Source: Antedon mediterranea (taxonomy: Eukaryota > Animalia > Echinodermata). From it: a stretch of DNA of 64,000 nt. A program made the translations under genes and the position numbers. Every line of letters begins with the position of its first letter. The first letter of the stretch is position 1. Shown here one piece after another: positions 23,201-36,300 of this stretch. The stretch spans positions 12,958,001 through 13,022,000 of the forward strand of contig NC_092674.1 of NCBI RefSeq assembly GCF_964355755.1, written 5' to 3'. The notes under the pieces are model-generated. The model saw only the letters and a program-made list of their open reading frames with translations, was not told the origin of the DNA and did not search any database.

Positions 23201-26200
23201 AAAATAAAGATTATTTAGAAAGGAAGAAGAAAGTTTAATTGGTAAGAAGTCGAAAAGTTGAAAAGTAATAAACTAATTTATTATATTTATTTTTTATTTA
23301 ATTTCATTTATATATTCATCCGTTAAAATTAAGATTGATTAAAAAATGGTCCTCATCATTTGTTTTCTATGGGGTTGTGTATTGCTGATCTAGCGAATTA
23401 TAGGGCTAGGCCTGTTTGTGTTAATCAAAAGCTTTCAGCACTTGCATATTGATGTTTTCAGTTCATAAATTCTTTTCAGGGAAATTGGTTGTTCGAATAG
23501 TTTTTACTTTTTGCGAACTGAAAAAAAATTCAGGAATTGATGGAAGTAATTCTCGGGTGGGACATAAACCCATGACTTTTGGCAGTAATGACTGAAACAT
23601 TGTTTGCCAAAACATTTTATTTACTTTCAAAATATAAATCGCCTTAAAAAAAGTACGGTTCTAAACACTGTTGAAATATTTCCCCTATGAAGAAAACTAT
23701 GCATTGCTTTCTATAAAAACCTTGTATCTCCACATAGTTTTACAGGTGGATGCTTTATATGTTGTGCTAGGTAGGTGTGTAATGAATTGGAGAATGCCAG
23801 AGATTCCAGTAAAATATAAAACTTAATAATAAATATATAATACATTTCTGGTTTTATATAAGTATTTTGATAAAATGCCACAGATTCCAGTAATAATAAT
23901 AATAATAACATTCTGATTTTTATTATTTGGAATTATTTCACAATTTTTAAGACATATAATACAAGGGTTAGCCATGATTTTGTAATAATAATAAATTTAT
24001 AGGAATCACTCTGATGTTGGTATGGAAACCAAGGAATTCACTCTGATATTGGTATAAAAACAAGGAATTCGCTTTGATGTTGGTACGAAAACCGCATATT
24101 GTACAGTACAAATCAAAACTTTGTATGAGCTTAAATATATGTGTTCCGACAAAAAACACAACATTTTCTGCTTTCTGATTGGCTGTTGTTCAGACAACAT
24201 ATTGGGTTAAAAAATATGGTATATATTAAAAATATTTTATTGATGTTAATAAAATAATCTGATGGCAATTGGATTCAATTTAGAAATGATAATACTAATA
24301 TTGCTGGTACAATCAATGAAACATATGTAGATTACATTAACATCATAAAAAATAACTATTTGAAGCAAAGTGTCTTTAAAAACGTATGATGTACGTTATT
24401 GTCAACGCAATGGATTATCCAAACTGTCAATTATGATTGGTCAACTCACTAGCGTTTGTAGCGATTTCTGTTTTTTAAATCATTTTTTTCTGATTTTAAT
24501 TATTTTTTAAATTATTTTATTTATTTATAAATGTTGTTTTTAAGTGTTATATTTTTATGTTGTCTTGTCAAATTATTTTGTACTAAGGGTCCCTATTATG
24601 ATCAGCTTTGTCTGGATGTACTATCCTTGTTAAATATTGTTGAAATAAAATAAATATGAGGACCACACCTTTTGGTTAAAAAAACATTTTTTGAATATTG
24701 CCACTTAACTTTATTTTATATGAAACATAACCATGACTTTATGTTTGTTTAATGAAACGCATCATCATTGTACTCTACAATTGTCTTAACCTTTTATTGA
24801 AATATCTGGTATCTTTATAGATAGAAAGTAGTTCACTATAGTTAAAATTATAAAAGTGTATAAAAATAAAATAATAGTATGGAGGTTATGAATTTATTTA
24901 TGCCAAATTGGTGGAGTTTTTTTCACAGTAAATGGAACTGATCCTTGTACATACAAAGATGAACTTGGTTGTCTCTTCTCTTTTAACTTTGTTATGAATG
25001 GAACAATGGAGGTGATTCTGGTACAGAAAATAACATGTAAGTAATGTAAAAAGAAAACCCAAGCAAAATGAAACCCAATACATTGTCTAAAGCTCTGTCT
25101 ACACTATCAAACTTTATGTGACAAAAACATGTTATGTGCCCATATATGGTGATGAAAACTACCGTAATGGGTACATTACACTTTTTTGTCCAACTATTTT
25201 GATAGTGTAGACATAGAGCTATATATTGAGATCTCTGTGCACTTCACGCACGCGCACACACACCTTCATATATACAGTATACATCCCCTCATTTGACAGG
25301 GACAATTTGATGGACATCAGCAGACATACTGAACTTTTTTCACAAACAATTACGAAAGAGTACCATCAGTAACCTGTATTCTTTGTATATTAAACATCTT
25401 TTATTTTTCAATTTGAGACATGCACTTCATTATTATACTAGACTTGTTTGTACAAAGTATGTGAAATGCATGATAGAGTTAGAGTGAAAAAAATGATTGT
25501 GATGGCTTTTTTGTAGGAAATATTTGCAGAAAAATAAATGTCATTCAAGTGCAGCAAACACGGCTTGTCTTGATTCAACATGTGCAACACTTCATGTTAA
25601 TAATTTATATGAATATTTATCAACATGTGGTACTTTATTTTCAGCTTGCCCAGAAGGAATAGATGCCTTATGGCTGGCTATTGGCATCATTATTGGTATA
25701 TTACTAGTTGGTCTAGCCCTTCTGCTGGCCTGGAAGATAGCTACATATATATATGACAAACGAGAATATGCTAAATTTTTGAAAGAGTTAGAAAATGCAC
25801 GAACAGATGCAGTAAGGAATGATTACTTTTTTTATCTTGTAGTTAATGTTTATTTATTTATTATTTATGGTTTCCCTTTAAAGACCAGACCATTTTTATG
25901 TAGAGTCACCACTACATAGCATCCAAGTTCACTGTAGCTGACGTTCCAAGACAACATTATTTATTTTAAACATTTCTATTTGCATTTGAACTCTCTATCT
26001 ATCTCTATATCTATTTCTAGTATGATTATGATGTATCGTAGTATTGTAATTGAAAATGTTAAATCTAACAGTACTAGTAAATACCTTAAACTTAAAGTAT
26101 AAGTATATATTTATGTCAATTTATGTGATTAACATGCATTGCAGTGGAACATTAGCATTGAAAATACTAATTGAAATTTAATTATATGTTTATGAAAAAT

Positions 26201-26311
26201 GAAACCAAGAAAATATTACCTCGACATACTTACTTGCTTTTTTTTCAGAATATAAATCCCCTTTTTAAATCTTCTACTACAACCTACAAGAATCCAACAT
26301 ATGGTAAATAG
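8245..26311 (+). CDS. ITGB: Integrin beta subunit, 5'-incomplete, spliced, with two apparent frameshifts
   Basis: GT-AG exons: 8245-8341 (DNPC..CEQPYGFRNVIPL), 8760-8846 (LDRPEGGLDALMQATVC), 9320-9401 (IGWRN..SDTGFHFALDGK, frameshift), 10165-10242 (GGLTLPNDGECHL), 10645-10752 (DFPSLGQL..PIFAV), 11136-11226 (SDSRNIIEL, frameshift), 11962-12146, 13632-13868 (KPLGFEE..CECEC), 14163-14235, 14811-14895 (GKFCNCDNFSC), 21893-22095, 22459-22582, 24929-25036, 25645-25811 (TM helix, YDKREY), 26249-26311 (NPLF..NPTY, TAG). I saw no PSI or MIDAS exons in the window. The symbol is family-level only. Confidence 0.95.
9418..9841. repeat. 20-bp minisatellite, about 21 copies, in an integrin intron
   Basis: Head-to-tail unit tcatttgagg(g/t)gta(g/a)ctg(gc/ta), starting just after the donor site at 9402. 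Confidence 0.95.
11002..11104 (-). mobile_element. SINE fragment (Deu-domain-like)
   Basis: Its reverse complement matches the cggatgggatgtaaagccg...attcgaaaagagtagggg...gctgat segment at 13430-13525. Confidence 0.6.
12677..12789 (+). pseudogene. 5S rRNA-derived sequence (SINE head, diverged)
   Basis: tacggccatattgcgttgaaacaccggttctcgtcagatcaccgaagttgagcaa...tggatgggagacc...ggtgctgta follows metazoan 5S rRNA with many substitutions and has no oligo-T terminator. Confidence 0.8.
12677..13570 (+). mobile_element. Chimeric 5S rRNA/tRNA-headed SINE (DeuSINE/SINE3-like) with four tandem copies of a 171-bp internal unit
   Basis: A 5S-like head (12677-12789) is followed by units starting at ~12795, 12966, 13137 and 13308. 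Each unit has A-box tggtgtaatggt, B-box ggtt(c/a)gag, ccttaggcaagatg and cggatgggatgtaaagccgttggtcccg. The element ends with aaagagtaggggatcgtctcccggtgtgctg. Confidence 0.75.
15895..15965 (-). tRNA. tRNA-Val(AAC)-like, type A copy 1 (probable pseudogene)
   Basis: Minus strand GGTTTCGTAGTGTAGTGGTTGTCAAGTCTGCTTAACACGCAGAAGGTCCCGGTTCGAGCCCTGGCGAAACC then TATTTTT. Acceptor and anticodon stems are perfect; D and T stems have mismatches. Confidence 0.7.
16188..16259 (-). tRNA. tRNA-Val(AAC)-like, type B copy 1 (degenerate)
   Basis: GGCTTCTTGGCGTAGTGGTTATCACGTTTTCTTAACACGCAGAAGGTACCTGGTTCAAGCCCGGTCGAAACC followed by a T-run. The acceptor stem has mismatches. Confidence 0.55.
16456..16526 (-). tRNA. 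tRNA-Val(AAC)-like, type A copy 2 (B-box mutated)
   Basis: Near-identical to 15895-15965, but GGTTAGA replaces GGTTCGA. Confidence 0.55.
16675..18160. mobile_element. Second Helentron-like family nested inside the first
   Basis: Clean insertion without TSD: the sibling unit reads aaaa|taagatatactg (16111-16126), while here it reads aaaa|ctagat...acctaa|taagatatactg. It has a 5' hairpin aattcgtca-cta-tgacgaatt, a subterminal taggttatatgcat inverted to the terminal palindrome aggttatatgcat-aatc-atgcatataacct, and (taaa)n near the end. Confidence 0.75.
18230..18301 (-). tRNA. tRNA-Val(AAC)-like, type B copy 2 (degenerate)
   Basis: Anticodon arm TTTGC-TTAACAC-GCAGA, intact A and B boxes, downstream T-run, two acceptor-stem mismatches. 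Confidence 0.6.
18568..18638 (-). tRNA. tRNA-Val(AAC)-like, type A copy 3
   Basis: Same sequence as 15895-15965, with a downstream TATTTTT. Confidence 0.7.
18849..18920 (-). tRNA. Type B copy 3 with anticodon changed to AAT (degenerate)
   Basis: The anticodon arm reads TTTGC-TCAATAC-GCAGA; the rest of the body matches type B. Confidence 0.5.
21736..21868. mobile_element. ~130-bp MITE (PIF/Harbinger-like)
   Basis: TIRs agctctgtctacactatca / tgatagtatagacagagct in a TAA/TTA context. A second copy is at ~25090-25221. Confidence 0.75.
25090..25221. mobile_element. Second copy of the ~130-bp MITE
   Basis: aagctctgtctacactatcaaacttt...gggtacattacactttttt...gatagtgtagacatagagct. Confidence 0.7.
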
Positions 26312-27369
26312 AAGGTTTTATGCAAGATGTTGATACCTGTTGCCAAACAAGACCTCATTCAGAACCATCCAACAAGGCCCGATCAAATTGAAAACTGATA
26401 CACAGACTAAATGATATCAGAATAATAATTTATGGCAAAGTTCAGACTGTAACTGACAGATCAATCAAGCCTGTTATCAGAAAAAGAAATGCCCACTAGG
26501 CCACAACTGACATCAGATCAAAGTACCATGAGATACTCTCCACTGGGCCACACAGTAGGATATCAGATCAAAGTGGCTTGTCCAGATCCACAAGGCATGT
26601 CCAGATCCAGATAAAGATCCCAGAAAAACATTCAAATGATGTTTAATAATATCGGATGTCGTAGGCACACAACACAAAATATACCACATAATTATATAAA
26701 ATGGTCTGATACCAGAAACTAACAACCAGAGCATCTTGTCAAACAGAATTCACCACAGGTATCTGATAGAACATGACATTTCTGTAGTATAAATTGAGGT
26801 ATTAATTATTTGGCTAGAGAGTTAACTCCATATTTAACAATAAATTGTTCTATTCATTACCCTAAAAAAATAAGTAATTTGTAAAAACTGGACTGTACTT
26901 TTATGTATGTTTATATTTTAAAATATATATATATATATATATTCTAACTCATGTATTCATAATATGGTAAGTTATTGTTTTATATTATTAAATAATATTT
27001 TTGAGCAGATACAGCGGATAATTTTTAAGCACCAACACTGTCCTCGTCAATTTGCTGTAACATAGTTAGCACTCTAGTCAATCTATTACCTCCTCAATGG
27101 TACCTAGATCATGCTGAATTTGGTGCTAAGTTGCAATATGTGATAAAATTAGAGGTTGATATGACAACAACAAAATTAGGATTTAAGAATAAATTAGAGT
27201 AGCGTATAGTGGTGTGGCCATGTCTTCTGCCTTAAAAAAAGTGCTTTATTTTATTTAAGATAAATATTTTATATAAAACATGTGAAAATGCTGTTATTTG
27301 TGTGTAAAATTATAATAATATCTTTTCTTAGGACAGTATACATTAGTGAGCCTATTAAAAGTAATACTG

Positions 27370-27663
27370 TAATTGGTTACTCTATAGTAAAGGAAAATAT
27401 TAGATCCCGTCAATTAAAGTTGCTGGACCACGCGCTTCTAATGCCTGATGACGAACCATTCAAAGAGTACGCACTGTATGTTCCTCAACATGGGAAAAGA
27501 AAACGAGGAAGTCAGAGAACCAACTTTCTGAGATACATCCAACAGCTTTTAGGGGATGAAGGAGGCATGATTACCTCTGATAAGCTGTCAGAGTTAGCCA
27601 AGAACCGTTGTGGTTGGAGAAAGCTTGTAGTCACCTGCTCCGCAGCCGACTGATGATTATGAT
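27370..27663 (+). mobile_element. 3' end of an RTE-clade LINE (5'-truncated)
   Basis: Translation IRSRQLKLLDHAL..P.HGKRKRG..R..F..YI..WRKLV..CSAAD* followed by a (tga)n-like tail, typical of RTE reverse-transcriptase C-termini. Confidence 0.75.
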
Positions 27664-30600
27664 AGAAAACTTAAAAAACACAGTACTGACTGTATAAATA
27701 AGAACTCCCAGCCAGTTTTTAAGGGAAACTCTATTCAGCTTGGTTCCCACTAGGACGCAGTACAAGGACGTAGGCCGCAACGCAAGCAAATAAGTAGAAT
27801 CCATTGTGTCATATTGTGAACCAGACTTTAAGGGGACACTGGTCCCAAATGTGTCCCCATAATACAGTTTCCACTGTAATAGTTATGCAGGTACATAAGA
27901 ATAAAAATATCCTAAATATCTAGTTTTCTGATTTGATGATTGTTCTCCAATTTATACATGGATATGTTTCAAAGGTTTAACTGTTAAATTAATACATAAA
28001 ACAGTAAAAAGAATATTTAAAATGTTTAAAGTATTGAAAATATCAAAACTCTTTTTAAAAGATGTTCATGTTTTCTGAATAAATGTCTTATATTTATCCT
28101 TCCGATACGATATACACTTACTACTGTTTTTTTTTAACTTGTGCCATTCGGCAATGTATTCATTCACTATGTACAATCACAGGTCAATACATAACATTTT
28201 TTCTGGTAAATTTGACTCAATTTACATTAGTGTCATACTGACACTATAAACATTAATAAGCAATACTGGTTGTAAAACAATATTGTAATATTACTACTTA
28301 CTACTGTTTTAAGTTTGTTTTTATTATTACTTTGTTATTGTATGTGTATATTATTATTACTTGTTTAAGACAGAAAAGACGTTTAATATATAATTTCAAT
28401 ATAAATTGTAATAACAAAATGAGATAACAACGTTTATGAACCATCGTGGAACCACTTTCAAGATCAAACAATAATATACATAATATACCGTAAAACATCG
28501 AAAATAAGTCCATCTCGATATCAAGCCTATTAGGCTTCTTTTCACGATACTATGGGCTTCTTTTTCGAAATAGACTGTATTATAATGTCAAAGGAACAGA
28601 AGTTATGATCGTGTTATTATATGGTATGGATATATTAATGACCTTGCAACCATTTTTAACCATGAACTCGTATATTTATTCTACAATGTATTGTTTTCCA
28701 AATGCTACTTTTATTTAATCTTGCATCTTCTTGTCTGCTTCCTTGACAAATATATAAAATTGGCAGAGAATGTTTTAAAAATCATATATGAAACGTCATT
28801 AATTTAATCTTTTTGCCATTAGATTTTGCATTAGAATTATTTAATTCAAGTTTAATGTCAATCTTTAAATAGACATTTTTGATGAAATTACCGTCTTAAA
28901 AAAACTGTTTACCGGTACATTATTGATTTTTTTTAGTATCAATGTGGTAGTTATTAATAGTTCAAGGGTTTGAATTGTGTAAACATTGAGTATTTAGTGA
29001 ATTTAATATAAACCAAGTCTTATTGTAGGCCTATGTAAGAGCACAAGCTCGTCCAGGGATGTCGGGTCGTTCGGTTCAAAATAATTCTAATCCTAAGGTG
29101 CCCTTTTCAAGTTAGAAACCAGCAGCGAAAGTGGTAAATAGGCCTCATGACAATTATTTGGCAAATTCATTCATCTACTACTATACTAGGCCTACAGCTA
29201 TATTTTCTTTGAAAAATCTTGGCTATGGACTAGGAACAGCGAAGAGTAAGACTCGTTCATCTTTTAAAATTACAGTACAGAGCTCCCGGCCCTTAAAAAA
29301 AACATCAACAATACCAAAATTGATATTGCTTTTTATTTAATTGTGAATTACTATAAAATAGTGTATTTATGTAATTATTAAATAATATATACAAAACACA
29401 ATCACATCTAACCCAATTCTGTGACATAAAAAAAAAAGGTGTATCTGATTTTCCAACAGCATTTTTTATATAATCTTGTAATATATTTAGGCCTATAACT
29501 TAGTTTACACAATTTTATTTTTATTTATTTTTGTCTGTAAATAATTGTATCTGATCATAATGTTATATACTAGAAGAAAGAGATCGGCAATAATAAATAG
29601 CAATGTGTCGATTGGTCATGAAGGCACCAACTTCAATTTGTACACCAGGTATAATATAGATCACGCGTTTACTTATTATGAGTGTTGATATTAACTGTAC
29701 GTGTATTTTGCCATATACTTTTCATTAAATCAATTGACTTTACTACAACCTTTACGTAACATTATATTTTAGAATTATGAATGCTGCTTTATTAGTAGTA
29801 TGGCCTGTGTGGTGTATTACGGCGTTGTATCGTCTTCTCGTCTTTAAAATCGACAGCGTAGGACACTGCGATGTCTTGCAATGTCCAGCAGATGAAGTGG
29901 TGCGCGCTGCGAGTGCTGTCTTAGAACCTTATGAATTTAGTGTATGTATATAATGTTTGAAACAATAAATTAGTTAAATGTAATCCGTAAGTGCCTTGAA
30001 AAAAAAAGCTTGTAATATTTTGTATAGATATTTATAGTATTAACCGTACACAAATGTTTTTATAATAGCTATATTATTATAGGATAATATCAAATAAAAC
30101 ACTTTATCACATCATTTTTCCCTTTGTGTTACGTCATTGAATATACTTCTTTTATTTTACGATATACAAATTTATATTATAACTTAACTTAACATACGAA
30201 TGAACAGTTATCTTTTACTTGACCACCAGCAGATAAATATGGATACTGTAGGTAATAGGTCTTTACTGTATTCATTTCTGCCAAAGATTTTTTTTTATAA
30301 TATGGTTTAGTCTGAACTACGCGCGATTTTATGAAATGTTATGATCATAAATTCGAAACCAGATATTTTCCAATGCAGCACTGGTTTATAATATTAAAAT
30401 AGTAAACTTTCTACAGAGCTTTACCATTTAAAATGCACACAATAAATGTCCTAAAACGTTGCCGGCCATTTTAAGCATTTCAAATAATTTCATTGTCCGT
30501 CTTGTTAGCGTCACGCTCGTATTATGCACGGCGTACAAAACATACTTAACGAGGCCCTTTTTTATGAACTAAAACGAAACACGACATGCAATTTAAACTA

Positions 30601-30813
30601 ATAATTCGTGCGATTACATCGCCTCAGATGCCAAAAGGTGACAATGAAAATTATAGATGTACAATTTTTTTTCCGATTATTTGTTCCGAAAAATCATCAT
30701 ATTGCAAACATATTTTTAGGATAGAGGATAATCATATTTCCATCACCGCCTTTATAGGTTATATACAGTGATTTGGCTTAAACTTGGTAAAAAGAATAAC
30801 ACATGACGTCTTA

Positions 30814-33043
30814 TCTATATATAAATTTACGTAAGGGCAAAATTCGGTAAATCGCGCGTTATTTCTAGAATGTTTACTCGATGGTATATAAAGTTGGTTA
30901 GAATCTCGGTACTGATTTTAACCACCTGATGTAACCCTGTTTACTAATTAAATTGAGTTAGATAATTAGTTATTGACGATTAAAACGAATTTAGGTTCAA
31001 CGATTTGCCCCAAATAGGGGTGTTTTTAGATCGTGGTATACACTGTCTAATGGATGTCCGTCTTGAAAAATACCCGCAGTCAATAATACAAGGATGCTTC
31101 GCATTTTCCTATCTCCTCCTACGATAGTTGTTTTTAATGGCTGAAAACCGGCTGAACAGCTCGAGTACAGCATCATAATGTTGAAGACAGGCCGATTTTC
31201 TTTAAAAAATTCTATTTTGATAGATTTAATATACGTTTATACAAATGTATTTATTTGCGATGAATGGAACATTCCAATCTCTGTTCCACAAGTGTCTATT
31301 CCCTCAGGCGTCGTAAAGGCAAGTACTGTATGACTCATAACAGAAATTCGATCCATTTTTTTTCAATTTGTGCAGCTGCAGAGGTTGGATATACTGTACA
31401 TTTTTTTTTAAACGGATAATGAGCTAGCGTTTTCAGTCGCCGTATATTATGTACAAATCTTTATTATTGCAGTTAAACCACCCACATCATCACCCTTCCC
31501 TCACTGGCATGAGTAGCGTTGTAAAGCCAGTAGAGGATAGGCCTTCGGTGCATCACATGCCCTAAATGCAGAACAACTTTGGTGGGTAGGGTAGGAACCA
31601 ACTTAAGTATGAATTGGCTCTAAAAAACAATTGAAAACCATTAGGCCTACTAATTAAGTTGAGTTAGATAATTTAATATTTATTGACGATTAAATCGAAT
31701 TTATGATTTTCCCCGAGTAGAGGTGGTTTTCACAAATTGTTTTACATTATATAAACATGTCGTAGTGATGTATCATGTACTATTTCAATCGACTAGGACG
31801 GTGATAGTTTCAACTAAGTATTACATCGCAATGTTTTCCTGTGTTTAGTGGTATATTATTAATTTGTAAAACATGAAAACAATTAATATTTCGTTACTAA
31901 ATGGATAAAGAATATATTTAAAAATTGTTCCTCTTTGCACCCATCCTCTTCCCCATCCCTCAACCCTAATGTTACATACAAAACACAAATTAAGTTTGTT
32001 TAAATTTGACTTAAACAATTGGTCTCATTTTGTCGTTCCACAAGTGTCTATTCCCTCAGGCGTCGTAAAGGAAAGTACTGTATACTCATAACAGAAATTC
32101 GATCCATTTTTTTTAAATCTGTGCTGCAGAGGTTGGATATAATTTTTTTTAAACGGATAATGAGCTAGTGCTAGCGTTTTCAGTGGCCGTATATTATGCA
32201 CAAATCTTTATTATTGCAGTTAAACCACCCATATCATCACCCTTCCCTCACTGGCATGAGTAGCGTTGTAAAGCCATAGTAGAGCCTGATAGGCCTACAG
32301 TGCATCATATGCCCTAAACGCAAAACAACTTTGGTTGGTAGGGTAGAAACCAACTTAAGTATGAATTGGCTCTAAGAAACAATTGAAAACCATTACCACT
32401 ACTAACTAAGTTGAGTTAGATAATTTTTAAATTATCTAACTCAACTTAAATATTAAAATATTTATTGACGATTAAATCGAATTTATGATTTTCCCCCGAA
32501 TAGAGGTGGTTTTCACAAATTGTTTAACATTATATAAACATACACGTCGTAGTGATGTATCGTTACTTGTACTGCTATTTCAATCTACTAGGACGGTGAT
32601 ACTGATAGTTTCAACAAAGTATTACATCGCAATGTTTTACTGTGTTTAGTGGTATATTATTTGTAAAACATGAAAACAATTAATATTTTGTTACTAAATG
32701 GATAAAGAATATATTTAAAAATTGTTCCTCTTTGCACCCATCCTCTTCCCCATCCCTCAACCCTAATGTTACATACAAAACACAAATTAAGTTTGTTTAA
32801 ATTTGACTTAAACAATTGGTCTCATTTTGTGACACGTTTCTTTTTCGGAAGTAATTCCCAGGGTGCTAATTTTAGTTGAGTACATAAATCAGTGTCTATT
32901 TATTCGTTCCTGTATAAACGAGATGTATTATTGTACGTACATTTGAAATTGTCAGTTTTTTAACGCTGAAATTATTATGTATTTGAGAACCATCTATGGG
33001 CACGACCTAGATGGTACGCGAGCGAAGCGAGCGTACCATCTAG
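30814..33043 (+). mobile_element. Non-autonomous Helitron with an internal ~750-bp tandem duplication
   Basis: A|TCTATATATA 5' end; 3' hairpin ctagatggtacgc-gagcgaagcga-gcgtaccatCTAG|T; no TSD. The segment ~31282-32030 is repeated at ~32035-32830. A sister copy lies on the minus strand at 57747-59299. Confidence 0.85.
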
Positions 33044-33227
33044 TACGTATAATTCAAGCTTAACAGATACAAACTGGAACGCCCACTCACTGGAAATATT
33101 AATAAACAAACAATAACTACTACAAACTTGTGGATCAAGTCTAGCGAATCATCTAACCGTAAAATGTCACACGCAACAATAGTGGACTAATCGTACACAG
33201 CATGAAGTTTTATTAGCTGGTCTAACT

Positions 33228-33270
33228 TATAAAAGGATTATGGCTTCCAATTGGCAGTGCAGTGCAGTCC
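33228..33270 (+). promoter_or_regulatory. Possible TATA box and initiator for the SLC22 gene
   Basis: TATAAAAG at 33228-33235, cagt motifs about 25-35 nt downstream, ATG at 33332. Motif evidence only, in AT-rich DNA. Confidence 0.3.
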
Positions 33271-33331
33271 TCTCCTACTCCAGAGTTTTATTCATTTTAT
33301 ATAGATACATTGATATCAACTTCGTTTTACA

Positions 33332-36300
33332 ATGGATTTTGACGATGTTCTAAAACTTCTTGGCGACTTCGGTCGATATCAGAAGCGACAGTATGTCATG
33401 GTTTGTTAATCGTCATTCCTGTTGCAATACATAGCCTATCGCATGTGTTTATCTCCGCTAAAACAGATCACTGGTGTGTCGTACCGGAGTTACAAAACTT
33501 TAATTGTACAAACAGTGATTCAGTCGAAAGGGAAGCATGTATCAAAATAAAACAAAACTTAGCAAGACCTAAAGATGATGTAAATACAATACCGAACGAA
33601 GCACAATGCTGGATGTATACTAGCGAAGACATCACGGAAGCACTTTTTACAAACAACGTATCTCGAGAACTTGACATTACATTGTGTACAAATGGATGGG
33701 AATACGATACCTCTCAGTACAAGTCAACTATCATTCAAGAGGTAAAGTCAAATATAGGTAGTTACGTAAGCATCTAAAATTGTGTTAATATTAGTAGCGT
33801 GACATCACAAACGATGCCTCATTTTGTGTTCCTTGTCAAGTCAATACGGACATTTAGGTGTTTCACAATTTAGGGAATGGTTCTTTCTCAATAGTTACTG
33901 TATAAGAATGCTTATAAATAGATGGAGAACTAATAAATAACTATGTGTGCAAGCCCACACCACAAGCCGGTTTTTTTTGGCTGAAAGAACATTATTCGCT
34001 GCAATATGCCTCAGCAGAGAGCTTATACATTCGGTCTGTTTGGCATAATATTGATTTGGGCGGTATGAAGGGAGTTACACATAAAGTCTTGGAAGTTTTG
34101 TTAGAAAGAGAAAAGAATGCATGTTATGATATCGTAATGCTGGTAAAAGTCTCAAAATTATCTTGCTTCAGCACTAGTGGGATGAGGTGATAGAAATCAT
34201 CTCACCACCACTAACCACTGGAATCAGTGTATTGAGCTTCGAACAATTATCTTATATTTTATATAATTACTTAATTCCAAGCTGGAACTTTGACAAATTT
34301 TTATTTAATTTCCGGTCAACTAAAGGTCCAATTCTATAACTGGCTCAGTCGCGCTATACGTGTCTTCTGTTGAAAATCGTCGCCCACCACGGTCTTAGTG
34401 TATTTCAAATTATGCTGTTTTATATATTTTAATACAATTAATCGAAATCGTAATTGGTTGCTAATAAAGAATCAACTGTTTCTCAAATACGAACCCCTAT
34501 AAGAATTATAGTTACGTGTTTGTTTCTTTTTGTAATACAGGTTTCTAGGGACGCTGTGTCGAACCAGGGAAATACCTCCCGTACAATGGTTAGAGCACAT
34601 TTATCTAGTATACAAACCCATCCGTTAACGACAAAATTATCACAGAATTAGCGTTTTTTTTAGAAAAATATTCCAATGAGGGTTAAATGTCGACATTATT
34701 GTATGAGAGAATTTTAAGAGATATTGTACGCGTTGATGTGAGCTGAATGGCATATGGTGGTAGAAACTTTTCTGATTGGTTGATCAAATGACAGTTTGTC
34801 TTTCTTTGTGGTACTGCAAAGACTGCATTATGTGGTTGGGAACAGATTACTGGGACAGAATCTCCACTCACGCTCACGGAGGTTCAACTGTATTAACCAT
34901 TTAAAAAAAGAAATGATTTGATGGTCACTTTATCATGCACGATTGAGTGAGATGCTTTCCGTGTTACACTTTGTAGTATAGGATAAATATGAATTGCAAC
35001 GTTATATTGTCAGTATTATACAATAACATCTTTCATGAAATGTTTATTAAAATGAATCCATGACTCCATGACTCTAATTTTTATGATAGTAGGCCAAATG
35101 GTATGAAATTTATAGCAATTAAAATTATGCCAAGAAAATGTCAATAATGTGTCAATATATTTGTTAAAATATCGAATAATAGTCATACACTTGCCGCATA
35201 CCGCGTTACTTACAAAACAAGACATTTCACTTCCGTATGAATGCATTGTGAGTATAAATGCCGGGGCCATCCAGTGAACTAATTATCACAACTCCAAACA
35301 TTTCGTTTTATATTCAAATGACACACTGAAAAAAGACCCGAACGTAACTTTTTTTTTCTCTTTTGTGGCGTTAACCACTATTTTATTCATTTCATTCTCA
35401 AATGATCAATACAATGATTTTACACTTCATCCAAATATATATTCCCTTGTTATTCTGTTCTGTTATTTTCTTGTACTTTCTTTTATCTTTAGTACGATTT
35501 GATCGAAACAAGTCGGTCAAATGTTCTTTGCCTGATTTGTTTATATATATAAAAGTATCTCTTCGGAGATCCCGCCTCGTGAATAAAAATACTGTAAGAT
35601 GAGGGCGTATCAATTTGATCTCTGGTGCGCGTGCGTACAACTGAGGACTAGTGCTGTTCCGCCGTACCACGCCGAGAATGTTGAAGAGTCGCTATCCAAT
35701 CGAGTTCGAACAATACCATGAAAGCCCCAGTGGTGTAATGGTTAGAACATCTGCATATCAAGCAGGCGGTCCGAGTTCGAGTCTCGGTTGGGGCGGATTT
35801 TTCTCATTCTCACAGATTTCCTCATCTTTATCGTTTCAAATTAATTAATAACATTTCAGTATATCACCGGGCGGTTTAGAATTAATTTTCTTTGCCTGAT
35901 TTGTTTATATATATATATATATATATATATGTTTTATATGTATTATCCACATTTTTCATTATTTTCTTTTATTTTAACTATTCCTTTCTACAATAGGTCT
36001 ATGTCTCTGTACAAAACACACAAGTGCATATATATTCGAGTACATGATTGCGCACATGCATACATACGTACCCACGACAAAGGTATATAAATAAATAAAT
36101 ATTTACACAATATATAAAATGCAATACAATTATTATTCTTAATTCTTTTTTTTTTTTTTTTTTTTTTTTTACAATAAGAACATAATTAAAAATACAAAAT
36201 TCAAATAATTTACTCTAGTAGCTAGATCAACTTTCGTATGCACTTTGAGGTCCAGAGAATTTGACTTCAGAAATTGGTTTAGGGTGGTCAAACAATCATA

